DNA of 11,817 bases from Nitrospirota bacterium. GTDB lineage: Bacteria > Nitrospirota > UBA9217. Below are positions 7,559 to 11,817 of this stretch, piece after piece (position 1 is the stretch's first letter; each line of letters begins with the position of its first letter). The position numbers were made by a program, and so were the translations under genes. A model generated the notes under the pieces. The model was not told where the DNA came from, did no database searches, and saw only the letters and a program-made list of their open reading frames with translations. The stretch lies in NCBI GenBank assembly GCA_029858565.1, contig JAOUEV010000084.1, forward strand, positions 1 through 11,817, given 5' to 3'.

Positions 7559-8524
7559 TCAGAAGCGGCGCGTATACCCCACATTCGCGGTAAAATCCGG
7601 GGCGCCTGCAGTATCCGGATCCTCGGTAAGGGAGAACTCGAAACTGCCCACACCTGCGTAGTAGCGACCGCCGATGGTCAGCAGCACGCCGGGCCAGTCG
7701 ATCTCGCGTATGGCGGTGTCGTACATCGGCGATGACTGCACCAGGCACTGGACAATGATGCTGAACCTCCTCCACCAGGCGGCCTCGATGCCCGCGCCGC
7801 CGTACCAGAAGGTCCTGAACCCGATGGTCTGGTAGCCTTTAAGATCGCCTGGCAGCGTCACCCCCGCGTTCGCGGTCAGATGATACTGTTCGAATAAATC
7901 CGCGTCAAGCAGGACCGCGGCTGAACTGTCATAGCTGCCGTTGCCGTAGCCGGTCCGGGCGTCGCCGGTGGGCGCTTCGAGGCCCGCCATAAAACTGAGA
8001 GCAGGAGAGCCTTTCCGAAGCGCGTACTTGATGGTCATCCGTACATCACCGAGACCGGTCCGATCGTTCACTCCGATGATGACCGGCTGGTCACGAAAGC
8101 GGATGTCGTACAAGAACGCATCCATCGGACGTTCGCTTCTGCCGTAATCCCCTGCTTTCAGCAGGTCATGCCACTGCTCAAGAGGACGGTCAAAGAACCC
8201 GCCCGAGGGCCTGATGACCGGCACATCAAGTCCGATCTCCATTCGATCCCCAAGGACCTTCTTGAGCCGGATATCGAGCTCCGTGAGCTCCAGGTCCATT
8301 GAGACGGTCCAGGGGTAGATCCGTTCGGTCACGTAGACACTGGAATGGGATAAACCGAGCGTCAGTGAATCGCGCATTTCCGCCGGTTCGAGGTAGGGAG
8401 GCATTGCCGGCAGAAAGATCGGGAACTGGTTCCTGACCTGGAGAGGTCCGTCAGCAGCGTAAGCCGGACCGGTCGTGCTAAAGAGCAGGAGCAGGCAAAG
8501 CTGGATCGGCGCGAATAACTTCAT
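7559..8524 (-). CDS. Exported, probable outer-membrane beta-barrel protein, DUF3187-like
   Basis: Start moved to ATG 8524 (MKLFAPIQLCLLLLFSTTGPAYA, a signal peptide ending A-Y-A). Mature N-terminus GPLQVRNQFP, GGFFD...WHD and GLGDV...APTGD motifs, alternating beta-strand pattern, and C-terminal VGYTRRF BAM-type signal. Confidence 0.75.
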   Translation of the reverse strand: MKLFAPIQLCLLLLFSTTGPAYAADGPLQVRNQFPIFLPAMPPYLEPAEMRDSLTLGLSHSSVYVTERIYPWTVSMDLELTELDIRLKKVLGDRMEIGLDVPVIRPSGGFFDRPLEQWHDLLKAGDYGRSERPMDAFLYDIRFRDQPVIIGVNDRTGLGDVRMTIKYALRKGSPALSFMAGLEAPTGDARTGYGNGSYDSSAAVLLDADLFEQYHLTANAGVTLPGDLKGYQTIGFRTFWYGGAGIEAAWWRRFSIIVQCLVQSSPMYDTAIREIDWPGVLLTIGGRYYAGVGSFEFSLTEDPDTAGAPDFTANVGYTRRF

Positions 8525-8568
8525 GCTGTTCTGGTTCACCGATGGCCTCGAAAGTTCGAAAGTAGGCC

Positions 8569-8622
8569 ATTGTACCATAGATGCATCGGATTGCATACAA
8601 TTACGGGAACCTGTGCTATAGT
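8569..8622. promoter_or_regulatory. Putative divergent promoters with extended -10 boxes
   Basis: Plus strand TGc-TATAGT (8614-8622) faces the GYD gene. Minus strand TGg-TACAAT (8577-8569) faces the barrel gene. A palindrome ATGCA-N6-TGCAT (8581-8596) lies between them. Confidence 0.5.
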
Positions 8623-8676
8623 TGTTCAAGAGGCGGCCCGCAAGCTGTCCTGAAACCCCACCGGAGGAGGATCACC

Positions 8677-8961
8677 ATGCCTTATTTCATCATCTTGAGC
8701 AATCTGACCGACGAAGGACGCAAAACGATCAAGCAGAAGCCGGAGCGGATCATGGAGGTCAACAAAGAGATCGAAGCAATGGGCGTCAAGATCCACAAGC
8801 AGTACGCCTTGCTGGGGATGCACGATTTTATCAACATTGTCGAGGCGCCGGACAATGAAACGGTCATGAGAATGTCCGTGGAGATCGGCTCCCGGGGCTC
8901 CGTGCAGATGATGACGCTGCCAGCGATCCCGGTCGAGGATTTCGTAAAGAAGATAAAGTAG
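8677..8961 (+). CDS. GYD-domain protein
   Basis: Start moved to ATG 8677 after a GGAGGAGG SD, giving 94 aa. Pattern MP-x-F...LTDEG...P-x-R...G-VKI...YA-x-LG-x-x-DF...EAPD...G-x-V...TLPA fits the GYD family, with the motif reading GMHD here. Confidence 0.88.
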   Translation: MPYFIILSNLTDEGRKTIKQKPERIMEVNKEIEAMGVKIHKQYALLGMHDFINIVEAPDNETVMRMSVEIGSRGSVQMMTLPAIPVEDFVKKIK

Positions 8962-8979
8962 CACGGCCGTCATATCGCG

Positions 8980-9013
8980 GACCGGCCGCCTTGTGCGGCC
9001 GGTCTGTTTTCTT
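8980..9013 (+). terminator. Rho-independent terminator of the GYD gene
   Basis: Perfect 10-bp stem GACCGGCCGC / GCGGCCGGTC with a 5-nt loop, followed by TGTTTTCTT, beginning 19 nt after the stop codon. Confidence 0.85.
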
Positions 9014-9014
9014 C

Positions 9015-9048
9015 CCCTGCGCGCCTTGCGCACGCGCCTTGCGCAGGG
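9015..9048. repeat. 13-bp tandem direct repeat overlapping an 8-bp inverted repeat
   Basis: CGCGCCTTGCGCA occurs twice (9020-9032 and 9033-9045). CCCTGCGC (9015-9022) pairs with GCGCAGGG (9041-9048). A long T-rich tract follows. Confidence 0.8.
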
Positions 9049-9088
9049 ATTTACTTCCTTTGTTTTTTTTGTTAGACTGCCTGCTATC

Positions 9089-9523
9089 ATGACCCCCGGT
9101 GCAAAGATCCTGGTCGCAGCAGCCATCCTCTGCCTTATACTCTGGTTCGCGCTCACCGGCCTTGGCGTGCAGCCCCTGGCAGTGGACCGTCTCCCCGAGG
9201 TTATATACGGCGTAGGCGAGGACTTCTATTCCGATGCCACGGTGTACCGGAAGCTCCGGAACGACCGCCTGCTGATCATACACCTTCCCCGTGCGCGCCC
9301 GGAAAACCGATGGGTGTCCGTTGATTTCGAGAGCATGACCATTGCTTTTACCGGTTCGCCCCGTTCACTGGGCTCCCTGAAATACCTTTTGAAGAATGAC
9401 GAACAGGGCACGCGCATCAGCGAGCAGGAATCCGCCGGCAGCTGGTACTGGCATTTCACGGACCAGGGCGCGTCATTTTCCGGGAATGACTTTTCCTGCA
9501 GGGTGAGACGCATTCAAAAATGA
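9089..9523 (+). CDS. Hypothetical membrane-anchored or exported protein
   Basis: Start moved to ATG 9089 because the longer ORF would run through the terminator. N-terminal K plus hydrophobic helix (KILVAAAILCLILWFALTGLGV), then a beta-rich soluble region. No family recognised and no clear SD. Confidence 0.65.
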   Translation: MTPGAKILVAAAILCLILWFALTGLGVQPLAVDRLPEVIYGVGEDFYSDATVYRKLRNDRLLIIHLPRARPENRWVSVDFESMTIAFTGSPRSLGSLKYLLKNDEQGTRISEQESAGSWYWHFTDQGASFSGNDFSCRVRRIQK

Positions 9524-9552
9524 CGCGATCAAGAACCGATGTCAACACCGCT

Positions 9553-9690
9553 TTTCGCGCAAAGCCGCAAAGGCGTCAAGAAATTCAGAGCCAACGATGA
9601 CGAATACAACTGCGTGTTAATACGAAAGAAGGTTTCATTACAACCTTGTCAGGCTATTTCCATTGCTTGACTTTGCATCGTCGCGCAAGA
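9553..9690. repeat. Degenerate inverted-repeat element (REP/MITE-like)
   Basis: Left arm TTTCGCGCAAAGCCGCAAAGGCGTCAAG (9553-9580) is an imperfect reverse complement of right arm CTTGACTTTGCATCGTCGCGCAAGA (9666-9690). The interior is AT-richer with an AAGGTT/AACCTT hairpin (9629-9647). Confidence 0.55.
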
Positions 9691-9729
9691 CGCATTTGAC
9701 TTTCTATGGTTACCAGATGGAGGACGACA

Positions 9730-10599
9730 ATGAAGATCGGATTCATCGGCATGGGCATCATGGGCAGCCGCATGGCAGCCAATCTGCTGAAAAAAGGCCA
9801 TGAGCTTGTGGTCTACAACCGTTCAAAGGACAAGGCCGATCCTCTCATCGCCCAGGGCGCGCACTGGGCGGACAGTCCCGCTGAACTGGCAAAGCAGGCG
9901 CCGATCATCATCACCATGCTCTCAAAACCCGAGGCAGTGGCCGAGGTTGCGTTGCTCGGCAAGCAGGCTTTTCTTGAGACAGCAGTTGAGAACACCCTCT
10001 GGATAGACTGCAGCACCGTGAATCCTTCGTTCTCGAGGCTGATGGCTGGAGAGGCAGGTGCCCGGAAAGTTCGGTTTCTCGATGCTCCGGTTGCAGGATC
10101 AAAAGGTCCGGCTGAGCAGGCGCAGCTGCTGTTCTATGTCGGCGGGGACAAGAAAGATGTGGAAGCGGCAAAGCCGGTGCTTGAGTGCATGGGCAAGGCG
10201 GTGATGCATATGGGCAGCCACGGCATGGGTTCCTCCATGAAGATGGTGAACAACGTCATCCTGGGACAGGCCATGGTGGCCTTTACCGAAGCCCTGGCAT
10301 TCGGCGAATCCCTGGGGCTCACGAAGCAGACCATCTTCGACACCCTGGCATCTTCGCCGGTCACGGCCCCATTCATCATGTTCAAAAGGAAGAAGTTCGA
10401 AGACAGGGACTTCTCTGTTGAGTTCCCTCTCCAATGGATGCACAAGGACCTGCACCTCGCCGTGGACACGGCATTCGAGACCCACGCGGCCATGCCCGCG
10501 GCGAACGTGGTCAAGGAGATCTATGCTTTGGCCATGCGGGAAGGGCTGGGTGAAAAGGACTTCGCCGCGGTGTATGAGGTGGTGAGCAGGAAGAACTAG
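9730..10599 (+). CDS. NAD(P)-dependent beta-hydroxyacid dehydrogenase (3-hydroxyisobutyrate dehydrogenase / glyoxylate-succinic semialdehyde reductase family)
   Basis: Start moved to ATG 9730 after a GGAGGA SD. Rossmann GFIGMGIMG, YNRS, IDCST, DAPVAG, catalytic Lys in MKMVNN, and F-x-L-x-x-M-x-KDL. Confidence 0.93.
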   Translation: MKIGFIGMGIMGSRMAANLLKKGHELVVYNRSKDKADPLIAQGAHWADSPAELAKQAPIIITMLSKPEAVAEVALLGKQAFLETAVENTLWIDCSTVNPSFSRLMAGEAGARKVRFLDAPVAGSKGPAEQAQLLFYVGGDKKDVEAAKPVLECMGKAVMHMGSHGMGSSMKMVNNVILGQAMVAFTEALAFGESLGLTKQTIFDTLASSPVTAPFIMFKRKKFEDRDFSVEFPLQWMHKDLHLAVDTAFETHAAMPAANVVKEIYALAMREGLGEKDFAAVYEVVSRKN

Positions 10600-10778
10600 A
10601 CGCGCTTTGCCACGGAAGAGGCGGATAACGACGGAACGTTCGGTCCTGATTTGAGGTCTTTTTCCGCTTTTCTCTGTAGTTTTTCGGCCGATGCCTGAGT
10701 CAGAGCTTCATAGTGACTTCACTCGTTCTCCTCGTCGTACTTCTCTCCTCTCTTGTCATTCGTCTCTTGTCACTGGTA

Positions 10779-11817
10779 TCAGTAGGGATAGAACACGAAG
10801 AACAACAGCGACATCGCCCCCAGGACCCACAATCCCGCAGGCACTTCCCTCACCCTTCCCGACAGCGTTTTGATCACCGGATAGACCACGAATCCCGCTG
10901 TCATGCCTATGCCGATGTTATAGGTGAAGCTCATCAGCACGATGATCGTGAAGACCGGCATCACCTCGGTCAGATCACCGAACTCCAGGAACTTGATCGG
11001 CGAGAGCATCAGCATGCCCACGATGATAAGCGCCGGGCCGTAGGCATAGGCAGGCACGACCGTGAAGAGCGGCGCAAAGAAGAGCGCCAGGAGGAACAGC
11101 CCGGCTGTCACGACAGAAGCAAGACCCGTTCTCCCTCCAGCCTCGATCCCTGCTGCTGATTCAATGTAAGCTCCTGATGTTGTCGTGCCGAGGGCCGCGC
11201 CTGCCATGGTGGCAAGAGAATCACAGAGCATGGGTTTCTCGATCTCCGGAAGGTTCCCATTCTTGTCCAGCAAACCAGCTTTCATGGAAAGCCCGATCAG
11301 CGTGCCCATGGTGTCCACGAAGATCATTACGAACATGGTCAGTATCACCGGAAAGGCCTCGATAGTGAGTATCCGCGAGAACTCAAGTTTGCCCAGCACC
11401 GGCACGATCGACGGCGGCATGCTCACGATGCTTTCCGGCAGAGCAACCTTTCCTGCCAGCATCCCCACGGCCGTTACTGCTGCGATACCAATGAACAGGG
11501 CAGCATTCACCTTCTTGATCATGAGAAATCCTATAAGCATGAATCCGGCAATGGCCAGCAGAACCGTCAGTTCCGTGAAGTTCCCGACATGCACCGGAGC
11601 GCCGGGAACGCCGAGCTTCACGATGCCTGTCTCGTTCAGGCCGATGAAGGTCAGGAACAGACCGATGCCAACGCTGAACCCGATCTTGAGCTTATCAGGG
11701 ATGGAATTGACCAGCCAGGTGCGGATGTTCAGGACCGTGAGCACGGCAAATATCGCGCCGCTCACGAATATTGCGCCCAGAGCCTGCTGCCAGGAAAATC
11801 CCATGATCTTCACGACC
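10779..11817 (-). CDS. NCS2 family (AzgA-like) purine permease, 5' end outside window
   Basis: Multi-TM protein with GIGLFLTFIGL, FVDTMGTL, YIESAAGIEAGGRTGL and PALIIVG motifs of AzgA/PbuG-like transporters. The frame is open to the window edge, and the ORF-track start at 11813 is an internal GTG. Confidence 0.94.
   Translation of the reverse strand, partial: VVKIMGFSWQQALGAIFVSGAIFAVLTVLNIRTWLVNSIPDKLKIGFSVGIGLFLTFIGLNETGIVKLGVPGAPVHVGNFTELTVLLAIAGFMLIGFLMIKKVNAALFIGIAAVTAVGMLAGKVALPESIVSMPPSIVPVLGKLEFSRILTIEAFPVILTMFVMIFVDTMGTLIGLSMKAGLLDKNGNLPEIEKPMLCDSLATMAGAALGTTTSGAYIESAAGIEAGGRTGLASVVTAGLFLLALFFAPLFTVVPAYAYGPALIIVGMLMLSPIKFLEFGDLTEVMPVFTIIVLMSFTYNIGIGMTAGFVVYPVIKTLSGRVREVPAGLWVLGAMSLLFFVFYPY

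Noticed and set aside
7271-7735. 154-aa plus-strand ORF as a possible divergent LysR target
   Set aside because: TTG start without SD, and antisense to cooT and the barrel gene, both of which are better supported.
8525-8676. N-terminal extensions given by the ORF track for the barrel (8629) and GYD (8581) genes
   Set aside because: They overlap each other and the promoter region. The signal peptide and SD support starts at 8524 and 8677.
9540-9600. CGCAAAGC resembles the c-di-GMP-I riboswitch core
   Set aside because: The upstream GGCAAAC and GNRA-capped P2 stem are absent, and the motif is better explained as an inverted-repeat arm.
9730-11817. Purine-catabolism link between the purine permease and a glyoxylate-type reductase
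   Set aside because: The genes are convergent, no other purine degradation genes are visible, and the dehydrogenase substrate cannot be determined from sequence alone.

Overview
GC-rich bacterial chromosomal window with no CRISPR array, tRNA, rRNA or transposase visible. Gene content suggests a diderm organism such as Nitrospirota or Desulfobacterota, which is inference only. From the left: the 3' end of folP, a translationally coupled cdaA-cdaR-glmM c-di-AMP/cell-wall operon, then a sigma70-like promoter driving a 142-aa protein with two Sm/Hfq-like repeats (DUF6982-like) directly upstream of comEC. Converging on the minus strand are a DUF3187-like outer-membrane barrel gene, an orphan CooT-family nickel-binding protein and a CysL-like LysR regulator with a near-consensus promoter. 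The right part holds a GYD-domain protein with a clear terminator, a membrane-anchored hypothetical protein, a beta-hydroxyacid dehydrogenase and a truncated AzgA-like NCS2 purine permease. The best leads are (i) the tandem Hfq-like gene apparently co-transcribed with comEC just downstream of the c-di-AMP operon, (ii) a ~118-nt rod-shaped hairpin with plus-strand G-U pairs lying divergent from the LysR promoter, and (iii) the CooT plus outer-membrane barrel pair with no CO dehydrogenase gene in the window. All family calls come from motif recognition by eye, not database searches.
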